Shown in pieces: positions 35,153 through 44,479 of a DNA stretch of 64,000 bases (position 1 is its first letter; every line of letters begins with the position of its first letter). This DNA is from Candidatus Kuenenia stuttgartensis. Its GTDB lineage: Bacteria; Planctomycetota; GCA-002687715; CAIWVZ01. Below the pieces are notes generated by a model, which saw nothing but the letters and a program-made list of their open reading frames with translations, made no database searches and had not been told where the DNA came from. The stretch lies in the NCBI GenBank assembly GCA_945860915.1, contig CAMARR010000001.1, positions 287,277 through 351,276 on the forward strand, given 5' to 3'. A program made the translations under genes and the position numbers.

Positions 35153-36514
35153 TCAATCCAATCGTGGAAGTTTCGGGTCGGCCAGAACCAGCGCTTCGAT
35201 CGCCTCGAGGCTCTGCCCGCTAGCCCTAGCTAGTGCGGCGACATCCTCAAACTCGGGCCGAACTCTCATCACGCGTCCATCCATCGATCCCACTTTCACC
35301 CGGCACGGCCCATAGGGTGTGACAACGGTCACAAAGGCCCGACTAAGCACTCGTCGCGCTGCGACGTGGTATCGGAATCCGAAGGTCGTTGAGTGCTTCA
35401 GAAGGCAGTCCCCGACTGCGTCGATTTCCACACCCCTCACTAAGGCCGTAACCCGATGCCCAGGCCTCCCTTTCTTCATGGTGACGGGAGCGAAGTTCAC
35501 ATCAAGGGCCCCTGCTTCGAGGAGACGCTCCAAGAGGTACGCAAGGCCCTCGGCACGCATGTCATCGAGTTCGCAGCTCAGTTCCGCAACCTCGTCTGCC
35601 GTGGCGTCACTCGCGTCTGTCTCGCCAACGATGGCGCGTAGGACGTTCGAGCGGCCAGGCCAGTCACTCGACCCCGCGCCGAACCCGGTTGCGATGGAGC
35701 GGTAGATCGGGGCGCTATCCCAGGAAGTCACCATGGCCCGAAGCAATGCGGCACCAGTCGGGGTGACGAGCTCGGCCTCTAGGTCTCCGTCCCGGCATGG
35801 CAATCCGGCCAGAAGGAGCGTTGTAGCGGGCGCGGGAACCGGCATCATTCCGTGCGCACACCGGACGACTCCAGTGCCCGTAGTGACTCGCCTGCCGTAG
35901 ATCGCCTTGACACCGAGAAGGTCAACGGCGACGGCAACGCCGCACACGTCAATCAGGGCATCGACGGCTCCCACCTCATGAAAGTGAACTTCATCAGGAG
36001 TCGTGCCGTGAACTGTCGCCTCGGCCATCGCTAAAATCGAAATTGCTCGGGTCGCCAGAGCCTTCGCTGTCAACGAAAGTCGCGACGCAGCGATGATTGC
36101 TGTCATTTCTAGTGGTGTACGGCCGTGATCGTGCCCATGAGAAACGTGATGGGTAGGGTCGGTCGGCGCATGATGATGATGGTGATGATGATCCCCATCC
36201 CCGTGGTGATGTTCATCGTGCGAGTGATCTCCGTGGTGTTGATGTTCATGGCCATGATGGTGGCCATGTGTATCCCTCGAGGTCGTTTCGTGGGACTCTT
36301 CGCCGCCACCCAGAGCATCGAGGCGAACTCGCACCTTGATCGCAGCAATCGCGCCGCGCTTGACCTCGTCACGATGTAACGCCCAACCTCCAATCGGCAA
36401 CGTTTGAAGTTCGTCCCGCACCTTGTCGAGCGACACACCGCACGCAACCAGCGCGCCTAGAAGCATGTCGCCCGAAGCCCCATGGAACGGATCAAGAATG
36501 AGAATCCGAGTCAC
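35153..36514 (-). CDS. larC: Nickel-pincer cofactor nickel-insertion protein LarC (DUF111 family)
   Basis: ILILDPFHGASGDMLLGALVACG and VHFHEVGAVDALIDVCG blocks, with a His-rich insert. GTG 36514 is chosen because the track start at 36640 overlaps the upstream gene by about 120 nt. Confidence 0.85.
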   Translation of the reverse strand: MTRILILDPFHGASGDMLLGALVACGVSLDKVRDELQTLPIGGWALHRDEVKRGAIAAIKVRVRLDALGGGEESHETTSRDTHGHHHGHEHQHHGDHSHDEHHHGDGDHHHHHHHAPTDPTHHVSHGHDHGRTPLEMTAIIAASRLSLTAKALATRAISILAMAEATVHGTTPDEVHFHEVGAVDALIDVCGVAVAVDLLGVKAIYGRRVTTGTGVVRCAHGMMPVPAPATTLLLAGLPCRDGDLEAELVTPTGAALLRAMVTSWDSAPIYRSIATGFGAGSSDWPGRSNVLRAIVGETDASDATADEVAELSCELDDMRAEGLAYLLERLLEAGALDVNFAPVTMKKGRPGHRVTALVRGVEIDAVGDCLLKHSTTFGFRYHVAARRVLSRAFVTVVTPYGPCRVKVGSMDGRVMRVRPEFEDVAALARASGQSLEAIEALVLADPKLPRLD

Positions 36515-36516
36515 AA

Positions 36517-37845
36517 CTACTCCGGATGCCCGAGCATTGGCACCAGAATCGCCTTCTTCTCGGCAAGAAGTGACTGATTGGAAGCCTCGAGATTCAAGCG
36601 CAGCAACGGCTCGGTGTTGCTCTTGCGAACATTGAACCACCAGTCGGGATACTGCACGGTTACCCCGTCCAGCTCGTCCATCGTGCCATCAGAGAAGCGC
36701 GCCTTGAGTGCCGCAATGACGGCATCCTTATCTTCGGCGTGAAAGTTGATTTCGCCGGTCGAGGCATAGCGACGCGTCGGGGCCACCAACTGCGACAACG
36801 TCGAGGATGAACGAGAAAGGATGCCCAACACCATCGCCATCGCGATCTCGCCTGAATCGGAATACCAGTGATCGCGGAAATAGAAATGTCCCGACAACTC
36901 GCCGCCAAGAATCGAGGATTCTTTGCGCATGGTTGCTTTAATAAACGAATGACCAACGCGCTCACGAACTGGCCTCCCGCCGCACTCCGTAATGATCTCG
37001 GCGGTCGACCGGCTCGAGCGGAGATCGTAGACCACCGAGGCGCCCGGATTCTTCTGTAGTAGTTCTCGTGCAAGCAATGCCGTGATGGCATCGGATGGTA
37101 CCGCGCTGCCTCGTTCATCAACGAAGACGCAGCGATCGGCATCACCGTCGAATGCAATCCCAATGTCTGCTTTTTCGGCACGGACACGCGCCACAAGATC
37201 CCGAAGATTCTCTTCTTTAATCGGATTGGCTTCGTGATTCGGGAAGGACCCATCGAGTTCGAAGTAAAGGCAAGTCGCCTTGATCCCCCAAGCCGCAAGG
37301 ATCGCGGGCGCAGTGTGACCACCCATTCCGTTGCCGGCATCGATCACGATCTTGAGTGGACGAGTGGGTCGCCCGAACGCCGCAACGTGGCTTGCGAAAC
37401 CATCAAGCAGATTCACGTGAGACTTGGCCGCTCGCGGGCCGCTCGGAACCGTGAGCCCACCTGCGATCAACGCCTCCATCTCTTTGATCCCCGTCGCCGA
37501 AGACATGGGCACGCACCCCTTGCGGCAGAACTTAAAGCCGATCCATTCCGCCGGATTGTGTGATGCCGTCACTTGGGCGCCGCCGTCGGTACCGAGCGAC
37601 CCGATGCCGTAGTAAGTCATCGGAGTCGATGCGAGTCCGATGTCGGTTACGGCCGCGCCCATCGCAGCTGCGCCATCCATGAACGCATCCGCAATCGACG
37701 GCGCGCTTTCGCGCATGTCTCGTCCGACGGCAAGGCTCCGCGCGCCTGTAATCTTGACGAACGCGGCGCCAATCTTGGCCGCGAGAGTCTCGTCAAGTTC
37801 CTTGCGATAAATGCCACGGACGTCGTAAGCCTTGAAGATGCTCAT
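36517..37845 (-). CDS. Phosphomannomutase/phosphoglucomutase
   Basis: 442 aa. Phosphoserine loop TASHNPAEWIGFK, Mg site FDGDADR, sugar loop GGELSGH. Confidence 0.9.
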   Translation of the reverse strand: MSIFKAYDVRGIYRKELDETLAAKIGAAFVKITGARSLAVGRDMRESAPSIADAFMDGAAAMGAAVTDIGLASTPMTYYGIGSLGTDGGAQVTASHNPAEWIGFKFCRKGCVPMSSATGIKEMEALIAGGLTVPSGPRAAKSHVNLLDGFASHVAAFGRPTRPLKIVIDAGNGMGGHTAPAILAAWGIKATCLYFELDGSFPNHEANPIKEENLRDLVARVRAEKADIGIAFDGDADRCVFVDERGSAVPSDAITALLARELLQKNPGASVVYDLRSSRSTAEIITECGGRPVRERVGHSFIKATMRKESSILGGELSGHFYFRDHWYSDSGEIAMAMVLGILSRSSSTLSQLVAPTRRYASTGEINFHAEDKDAVIAALKARFSDGTMDELDGVTVQYPDWWFNVRKSNTEPLLRLNLEASNQSLLAEKKAILVPMLGHPE

Positions 37846-38873
37846 GAGTTCAAAAAGACCTCGTTGAGGGTCGCCGCCGCGCGATCGATATCGGCGTCGG
37901 TCAAGTCCCGATGGGTCACAAATCGAATTCGCCCCGGCCCAAAACCGAGAACGAGAATTCCGCGTTCACGCAGAATCGAAACCGTGTCTTCGACCGTGCG
38001 TGATTGAAGCGACACGATCACCATGTTGCTAGCAGGAAACTGAGCCTTCATGCCCGCGGTCGCTGCGATGAGATCGTGGAGCCGTCTTGCTCGGCGATGA
38101 TCGTCGGCCAGCGCACGGGGGCCGTCGCGCAAGGCGAGAAGACCTGCTGCTGCGAGAATGCCGGCCTGACGCATCCCGCCACCGAATCGTTTGCGAACAC
38201 GCCGAGCGGCGGCGACGGAGTCGCGCGTCGTAGCGAGGAGTGTCCCGACTGGAGCGCCTAGCCCCTTAGAAAGGCAAAGTGTCACGGAATCCACGTGTCG
38301 CGTGAAATCTGCACACTCGACCCCTAATGCGACGGCCGCGTTCATGAGACGGGCGCCGTCGAGATGAACCTTGAGTCCGTGGCCATGCGCCCACTCTCCT
38401 ACGGAGTCAATGTAGGTTGGACCCAACACGGCCCCACCTTCCCAGTTGTTTGTATTCTCAAGCACAACGAGCGACGTCCGTGGATACGCATCGAATGTCG
38501 GCCGGACCTCGGAATCAAGCAAGCTAATCGGAACAACTCCTCCGATTCCAGGAAGCGTCCGTGCTTGAACGCCGGAGAGCATCGCCAGCCCTCCCGTCTC
38601 GAATCGAAAGACGTGACATCCCTCATGGAGAAGGACTTCGTCGCCGGGGCGGGTCCAAAGATTGACTGAGACCTGATTTGCCATCGTTCCCGAAGGAAGG
38701 AACAACGCAGCTTCTTTTCCGAGGAGCCGCGCGCCTTCCTGCTCAAGCTCAATGATCGTCGGATCCTCGCCGAAAACATCGTCACCCACCGGCGCGCGCG
38801 CCATGGCATCGCGCATGGCGGGAGTCGGTTGGGTCACCGTGTCACTGCGAAAGTCCGCGAATGTGGGCATCAC
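37842..38873 (-). CDS. ltaE: Low-specificity L-threonine aldolase
   Basis: 343 aa. DFRSDTVTQPTPAMRDAM, GDDVFGEDPT, GTMANQ, PLP-Lys region LSKGLGAPVG. Confidence 0.85.
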   Translation of the reverse strand: MMPTFADFRSDTVTQPTPAMRDAMARAPVGDDVFGEDPTIIELEQEGARLLGKEAALFLPSGTMANQVSVNLWTRPGDEVLLHEGCHVFRFETGGLAMLSGVQARTLPGIGGVVPISLLDSEVRPTFDAYPRTSLVVLENTNNWEGGAVLGPTYIDSVGEWAHGHGLKVHLDGARLMNAAVALGVECADFTRHVDSVTLCLSKGLGAPVGTLLATTRDSVAAARRVRKRFGGGMRQAGILAAAGLLALRDGPRALADDHRRARRLHDLIAATAGMKAQFPASNMVIVSLQSRTVEDTVSILRERGILVLGFGPGRIRFVTHRDLTDADIDRAAATLNEVFLNS

Positions 38874-38876
38874 CTG

Positions 38877-40049
38877 TCAATCTGCAACCGCAGCCGCAAC
38901 CCGTCGCAACGCTTCTTCGATGTTCTCCATAGAATTCGCGTACGAAAAACGCAGATGGCCTTCGCCATATCTGCCGAACGCTGTGCCGGAAAGCGCCGCG
39001 ACCCCATGTTGGTCTAGAAGGTGTCGACCGAAGTCCGCCGAGGTCTTCCCCGTTTTTGTGATGTTAGGGAATACGTAAAATGCTCCCTTGGGCGAACGAC
39101 ATGTGATGCCCGGGATTGCGTTGAGCCCAGCGACAATCCGATCGCGGCGCGCTCTGAACGTGCGTGACATCTGCTCCACCGAGTCCTGGGGGCCTCGGAG
39201 CGCTTCAATCCCGGCTATCTGGGTGAATGACGCCGTGCACGACGCACTGTTCACCTGCAACTTCGACATTCGGGCAATCAGGTCCTTTGGACCTACGCCG
39301 TAACCGAGGCGCCAGCCGGTCATCGCGTACGCTTTCGAGAATCCGTCGAGAATTACGGTGCGGTCCCGAAGCCCCTCACACTCCGTGATCGAGAACATAG
39401 GACCACCCTCATAGATGAGGCGGCCATAAATCTCATCGGAGAGAATCATAAAGTTGTGTTGACGCGCGATCTCTGCGATGCCCTCGATCAACTTGCGATC
39501 CAAAACACCTCCGGTGGGATTGCTCGGAGTGTTGAGAATAACCAACTTAGTTTTCGGAGTCACCAACTTTCGGAATGACTCAAGATCGAATGCAAATTCG
39601 TTCTGCTCAAGGATTGGACACGGCACGGCCGTTCCGCCACAAAAATTGATCATCGACTCGTAGATGGGGAATCCAGGATTGGGGTAGATCACCTCATCGC
39701 CTGGGCCGATCAACGCGAGGATCATGTAAAACATGATCGGCTTGGCGCCGGGACACACGAGGACCTCCTCGATCGCAGGCTTAAATCCGCGGGTCCGCAA
39801 AATCTCATCTGCGATGGCGGAACGAAGTTCGGGCAGCCCCTGCGCCGGGCCATAATGCGTAAAGCCGTCTCGAAGAGCCTTGATGCCCGCTTCGACCACG
39901 TTCGCAGGCGTATCAAAATCGGGCTCACCAATTTCGAGGTGAATGACGCTCTTTCCTTGTGCCTCAAGTGCGCGGGCACGTGCAAGAACCTCAAACGCCG
40001 ACTCGGTCCCAAGTCGGCCCATGCGTGTCGCAAACATCGAATCGTTCAT
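38877..40049 (-). CDS. Class I/II PLP-dependent aminotransferase (aspartate aminotransferase-like)
   Basis: 390 aa. NTPSNPTGG, and SKAYAMTGWRLGY carrying the PLP lysine. Confidence 0.9.
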   Translation of the reverse strand: MNDSMFATRMGRLGTESAFEVLARARALEAQGKSVIHLEIGEPDFDTPANVVEAGIKALRDGFTHYGPAQGLPELRSAIADEILRTRGFKPAIEEVLVCPGAKPIMFYMILALIGPGDEVIYPNPGFPIYESMINFCGGTAVPCPILEQNEFAFDLESFRKLVTPKTKLVILNTPSNPTGGVLDRKLIEGIAEIARQHNFMILSDEIYGRLIYEGGPMFSITECEGLRDRTVILDGFSKAYAMTGWRLGYGVGPKDLIARMSKLQVNSASCTASFTQIAGIEALRGPQDSVEQMSRTFRARRDRIVAGLNAIPGITCRSPKGAFYVFPNITKTGKTSADFGRHLLDQHGVAALSGTAFGRYGEGHLRFSYANSMENIEEALRRVAAAVAD

Positions 40050-40147
40050 AGGGGCTCCAGTAGGTCTCTTCTGAGCCGAGGATACCGCACCCGGGAAGAT
40101 GCTTCACCGTCGCGGCATCGCCCGACAGGATATCCTTCTAACCTTCC

Positions 40148-42079
40148 ATGCCCCGCGACCTCCCCCTTGGCAACGGCCGCCTACTGGCCCTCTTCGATAG
40201 CCGTTACCGACTCCGGGAGTTTCACTTCCCGCAACTTGGCGGTGAGAATCACCTACTTGGGAGGCCCTGTCGGACCGGGGTCCGAGTCGACGGCATAACG
40301 TCTTGGATCGGCGACGAGGGATGGGACCTCGATCTGCGTTACGAATCCGGCACCCTCGTCACTGCCGTTCGCGCAGTCCACGAAGGCCTCGGAATTCGGG
40401 TGGATGCTCAGGACACAATAGACCCCCAGCGGGGTGCCATGCTTCGGGTCTTCAAAATCACCGACATGCGCGCCGACTCGCGACAAGTGAAGCTGCTGGC
40501 CCACCACGACTTCTCCATGGCAGAACAAGACCTCGGGGACACCGCCCGTGTCGTTCACGAGCGAGGCCTCACAGGCGTCTTACACTACAAGCGCCGTCGA
40601 AACATCTTGATTGTCGGCGAGGGTGATGTCCGGGGTTCCGTCAACGCCCGGTCTTCGCATGGTGGTCGAGGCGCAAAGGCGCCTTTTGAAGACTTCGGTG
40701 ATCCAGAGGTCAACTTCGTCGCACATGGGCAGGTTGACAGTTGCATGTCGTTGACCCCAACGCCGGCGGGCGAGGTGGTGCTCTGGATGACGACGGGGGC
40801 GAGCTTCCAGGATGCGGCGAGTCTTGCGCAACGCGTTCGCGATCTCGAAGGTCGAGATGCCTTCGTCGCACGATCGCGCACGCACTTTAACGCCATGTCG
40901 TCGACCGCTGACGGCATGCTCGGTGTGCTGCCTCCCCATATGGCCGAGGCCGCACGTCGTGCGATTTTGGTGATCATGACGCAGGTCGACTCGCAAGGCG
41001 GCATTCTCGCTGCAAATGATTCTGACATCCTCGAGTTTGGCCGTGACCACTACTCCTATGTGTGGCCCCGTGACGGGGCCCTCGTGGCAATCGCCCTCAG
41101 CGAAGCAGGCCTCCTCGAGGCCACACGGTCCTACCTGAGCTGGGCCGCAGAGAGACTCTCTGACGCTGGATTCGTGCTTCAGAAATACCATGCAGACGGT
41201 GCTGTTGCGTCGACATGGCATCCCTCGATTCGAGACGGAAAGTCGATTCTGCCGATTCAGGAAGATGAGACGGCCCTTTGGCTCTATGCGCTAGGGCAAT
41301 ACGTGCATCGACATGGTGACTTCAATTTCGCCGGTGGGCTAAAGAACTCCGTCGAACGTGCAGCTGAGTTCTTGATGCGTCACATCGACGCCACAACAGG
41401 ACTTCCGCTGCCATCTTGGGATCCTTGGGAAGAGCGTTACGGCACCCACGCCTATACAGTCGGCGCTGTTTACGGGGGCCTATGCGAGGCGGCAAGACTC
41501 ATGGAGACATGGGGAGACGAGACGCGCGTGGCCCGGCTTCGAAATTGCGCCGCCACGATGCGCGAATCCGCGATTCAGTGGCTTTACCACCACGACCTTG
41601 AGCGGTTCGTTCGGATGGGCCATCGGACGCATAATGGCTATTGGCTCGACACGACCGTCGATTCCGCCATGTCCGGCTTATGGCTCTTCGGGATGTTTAC
41701 CGCTGATGATCCCCGCATCGTCAGAACGATGACTGCGATCGAATCAACACTCACGGTGAGAACCGATGTCGGAGGCATAGCCCGATACGAGGACGACTAC
41801 TACCATCAAGTGGTCAAAGGCGACCCCAACATCCCAGGGAATCCATGGATCATCACGACACTCTGGATCGCCCGTTGGCGGCTTTTACGAGGTGCCGCCG
41901 AAGATCGCGCCAAGGCTGTGGACGCGATTGAATGGGCCCTCAAACAGGCCACCCCATCAGGAATTCTCCCCGAGCAGCTGCATCCCTTGACGGGTGCCCC
42001 CCTTTCCGTGGCGCCACTAACTTGGAGCCACGCGGAAGTCTTGCTGACGACCCTCGCGCTCGCCGCCGCATCCCGATAG
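40148..42079 (+). CDS. Glycoside hydrolase family 15 (glucoamylase/glucodextranase-like)
   Basis: 643 aa. N-terminal beta-sandwich plus an (alpha/alpha)6 domain with YSYVWPRDGAL, EDETALWL, WEERYGTHAYTVGAVYGGL, PWIITTLW. Confidence 0.85.
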   Translation: MPRDLPLGNGRLLALFDSRYRLREFHFPQLGGENHLLGRPCRTGVRVDGITSWIGDEGWDLDLRYESGTLVTAVRAVHEGLGIRVDAQDTIDPQRGAMLRVFKITDMRADSRQVKLLAHHDFSMAEQDLGDTARVVHERGLTGVLHYKRRRNILIVGEGDVRGSVNARSSHGGRGAKAPFEDFGDPEVNFVAHGQVDSCMSLTPTPAGEVVLWMTTGASFQDAASLAQRVRDLEGRDAFVARSRTHFNAMSSTADGMLGVLPPHMAEAARRAILVIMTQVDSQGGILAANDSDILEFGRDHYSYVWPRDGALVAIALSEAGLLEATRSYLSWAAERLSDAGFVLQKYHADGAVASTWHPSIRDGKSILPIQEDETALWLYALGQYVHRHGDFNFAGGLKNSVERAAEFLMRHIDATTGLPLPSWDPWEERYGTHAYTVGAVYGGLCEAARLMETWGDETRVARLRNCAATMRESAIQWLYHHDLERFVRMGHRTHNGYWLDTTVDSAMSGLWLFGMFTADDPRIVRTMTAIESTLTVRTDVGGIARYEDDYYHQVVKGDPNIPGNPWIITTLWIARWRLLRGAAEDRAKAVDAIEWALKQATPSGILPEQLHPLTGAPLSVAPLTWSHAEVLLTTLALAAASR

Positions 42080-42088
42080 CATCAGAAC

Positions 42089-43339
42089 ATGCAACTGCGT
42101 GTATTGGGAATGATCATGGCGGGCGGCAAAGGTAGCCGCCTTCATCCGTTAACTCGTGACCGAGCGAAGCCGGCTGTCCCCTTCGGTGGAAAGTACCGAA
42201 TCATCGACTTTGTGCTTTCCAACTTCATCAACTCCGGCATTCGTTCGATTTACGTCCTGACGCAATTCATGTCTCAGAGTCTGAATGAGCATCTCGCGCT
42301 CGCATGGAACCTCGACACGCCCGTCAAGGACCAGTTCGTTCGCGCGGTGCCAGCTCAAATGCGCACGGGGGACGCTTGGTACCAAGGCACTGCCGATGCC
42401 ATATGGCAAAATTTGAATCTGGTTCGTGAATCACGTCCGCACCTCGTTTGCATTTTTGGCGGCGACCACATCTATCGCATGGACCTTTCGCAGATGATCG
42501 CGTTCCACGAGGAGAAGCGCGCAGACTGCACGGTCGCAGCGATCACCGTTCCTATCGAGGAGGCCTCGGCGTTTGGAGTCATTGAAGTCGATGACGAATG
42601 GAGGATCACGGGCTTCGCAGAGAAGCCTCCGGTCCCGAAGTCCATACCAGGCGATCCTACGCGCGCGCTTGTTTCTATGGGAAACTATGTGTTCTCGGCC
42701 CGATCCCTGATTGCATCGCTTGAACGCGACTCCGTCGATCCGCAGTCAACACACGACTTCGGAAAGGACGTCATTCCCGCACTCGTCAAAGACCGAAAAG
42801 TTTACTGCTACGACTTCGGCGGCAACGTCGTTCCGGGTGAAACCGGCCTCAACACCTACTGGCGCGACGTTGGCACTATTGAATCATATTACGAGTCCAA
42901 CATGGACTTGCGCGATGTCGTGCCGGCTTTCAATCTTTACAACAGGCAGTGGCCGCTGTTCACTGCCCGCTATGACGATCCGCCCGCGAAGTTCGTCCAC
43001 GACTCCGACAATCGAACCGGCCGAGCAACCAACTCGATCGTTTGCGAGGGTTCGATTCTTTCGGGTTGCACTGTTCGCAATTCAGTCATCGGACGGAACG
43101 TCAAGATCCACTCGTTCGCCGAGGTCTCAGATTCGATCATCATGGACAACGTGGTCGTCGGGCGTCACGCGCGAATCCACAAGTCCATCATCGACAAGAA
43201 TGTTCGGGTTCCGGATCACGCAAGCATCGGGATCGATCCAGTCGCCGACCAACGAGACTTTTTCGTTTCGACGACGGGAATCGTCATCGTCCCAAAACAG
43301 CCTCGTTTCGACAGCGATATCGGCTCGATCTCAATCTAG
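42089..43339 (+). CDS. glgC: Glucose-1-phosphate adenylyltransferase
   Basis: 416 aa. MAGGKGSRLHPLTRDRAKPAVPFGGKYRIIDFVLSN, WYQGTADA, and a C-terminal left-handed beta-helix. Confidence 0.95.
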   Translation: MQLRVLGMIMAGGKGSRLHPLTRDRAKPAVPFGGKYRIIDFVLSNFINSGIRSIYVLTQFMSQSLNEHLALAWNLDTPVKDQFVRAVPAQMRTGDAWYQGTADAIWQNLNLVRESRPHLVCIFGGDHIYRMDLSQMIAFHEEKRADCTVAAITVPIEEASAFGVIEVDDEWRITGFAEKPPVPKSIPGDPTRALVSMGNYVFSARSLIASLERDSVDPQSTHDFGKDVIPALVKDRKVYCYDFGGNVVPGETGLNTYWRDVGTIESYYESNMDLRDVVPAFNLYNRQWPLFTARYDDPPAKFVHDSDNRTGRATNSIVCEGSILSGCTVRNSVIGRNVKIHSFAEVSDSIIMDNVVVGRHARIHKSIIDKNVRVPDHASIGIDPVADQRDFFVSTTGIVIVPKQPRFDSDIGSISI

Positions 43340-43351
43340 GACGCAGCCGTC

Positions 43352-44476
43352 CTAGACCACACCCTCGGCCGTCTCAGCGATGAGATGGTCGACCACCTTC
43401 TCGAGCGACCCCGTCGCCGCGAAGACGGCACGTTGACGATCAGCCGAGTTCCCGTGTTCGATGATCCTATAGATCTCAGCCATCTCGCCTTCGCACTGCA
43501 AGAGTCGAACTTCCTCAGCCAGATCGTCGAGTAGGTTCCGCATGATGTCACGGAAGGGAACGATCTTCCCTGTCGGCAAGTCGATGAAGTCGGACTTCAC
43601 CCCATAGCGGTAAGCCCGATAGACATTCTCGTTAACTAGGTTGCGGGGCCAGACTCGCATGCTCATGTCGCGGCGATACAGGGCAAGGAATCTCGTACAG
43701 AGGCACTGAATGAGCGCAACAACCGCCGTCGTTTCTTTGACTTTAGTTGGAAGGTCGCAGGCTCGGAATTCGATGGTCGGATAAAAAGGATGTGGACGAA
43801 TGTCCCAGTAGATGCGCTTGGCGTTGTCAATTGAACCTGTTGCCACGAGGAGCGCAACGTACTCTTCAAACTCCCGGTGTGACTCAAAGTGCTCTGGGAG
43901 TCCAGTCCGCGGAAAACGTCGAAAGATGGCAGTGCGTGTTGACGCAAGTCCAGTGTCGCGACTCTGCCAGAATGGCGACGAACACGTGAGCGCAATAAGG
44001 TGCGGAATGAAGAACCGGGCCTGATTCATAACGTGAATGCGGGCATTCCCATCGGCAATCCCAATATGGCAATGCATCCCATAGATGAGATTGGAACGAA
44101 CCACGTCTCCCATGTCACGCGAAATTTGCAGATAGCGTTCGCCATCTGTGAGCTTCACGTCACGCCAATGCGTAACCGGATGAGTGGACGCTGCAGCTAC
44201 GGCAAGGCCGTGTTTGCGACCAAGACCGATCATCGTTCGACGGAGTTCGGTTATCTGTTCAGAGATCTCCCGGGGTGAGCTGCAGGGGGTCGTTACAACC
44301 TCCACGACAGGACTGTGAAACTCAGGGCGAATATGGTCGCCGTAAAGTGCGGCACCTTCGGACAGCAAGACACGCGTATCTGATGAGAGCTCGCGGGTCG
44401 CAGCGTTGATGATCTGGTACTCCTCCTCAACACCGAGGGTCGGAATCTCAGTCGCACGTGAGCCATAGAGGTTCAT
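43352..44476 (-). CDS. Carboxylate-amine ligase, GCS2/YbdK family (glutamate-cysteine-ligase-like)
   Basis: 374 aa. TLGVEEEYQIIN, GMHCHIGI, YWDIRPHP blocks typical of the YbdK family. Confidence 0.85.
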   Translation of the reverse strand: MNLYGSRATEIPTLGVEEEYQIINAATRELSSDTRVLLSEGAALYGDHIRPEFHSPVVEVVTTPCSSPREISEQITELRRTMIGLGRKHGLAVAAASTHPVTHWRDVKLTDGERYLQISRDMGDVVRSNLIYGMHCHIGIADGNARIHVMNQARFFIPHLIALTCSSPFWQSRDTGLASTRTAIFRRFPRTGLPEHFESHREFEEYVALLVATGSIDNAKRIYWDIRPHPFYPTIEFRACDLPTKVKETTAVVALIQCLCTRFLALYRRDMSMRVWPRNLVNENVYRAYRYGVKSDFIDLPTGKIVPFRDIMRNLLDDLAEEVRLLQCEGEMAEIYRIIEHGNSADRQRAVFAATGSLEKVVDHLIAETAEGVV

Positions 44477-44479
44477 GAG

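Noticed and set aside
36125-36292. CAT/CAC-rich tract that looks like a tandem repeat
   Set aside because: It is an irregular run of His codons inside larC, with no unit periodicity beyond codons. It is coding low-complexity sequence, not a CRISPR or satellite repeat.
42711-43355. 214-aa alternative-frame ORF inside glgC (and similarly 48340-49113 inside GH57)
   Set aside because: These are same-strand out-of-frame ORFs with Ser/Thr/Arg-rich translations. The annotated frames carry the conserved enzyme motifs.
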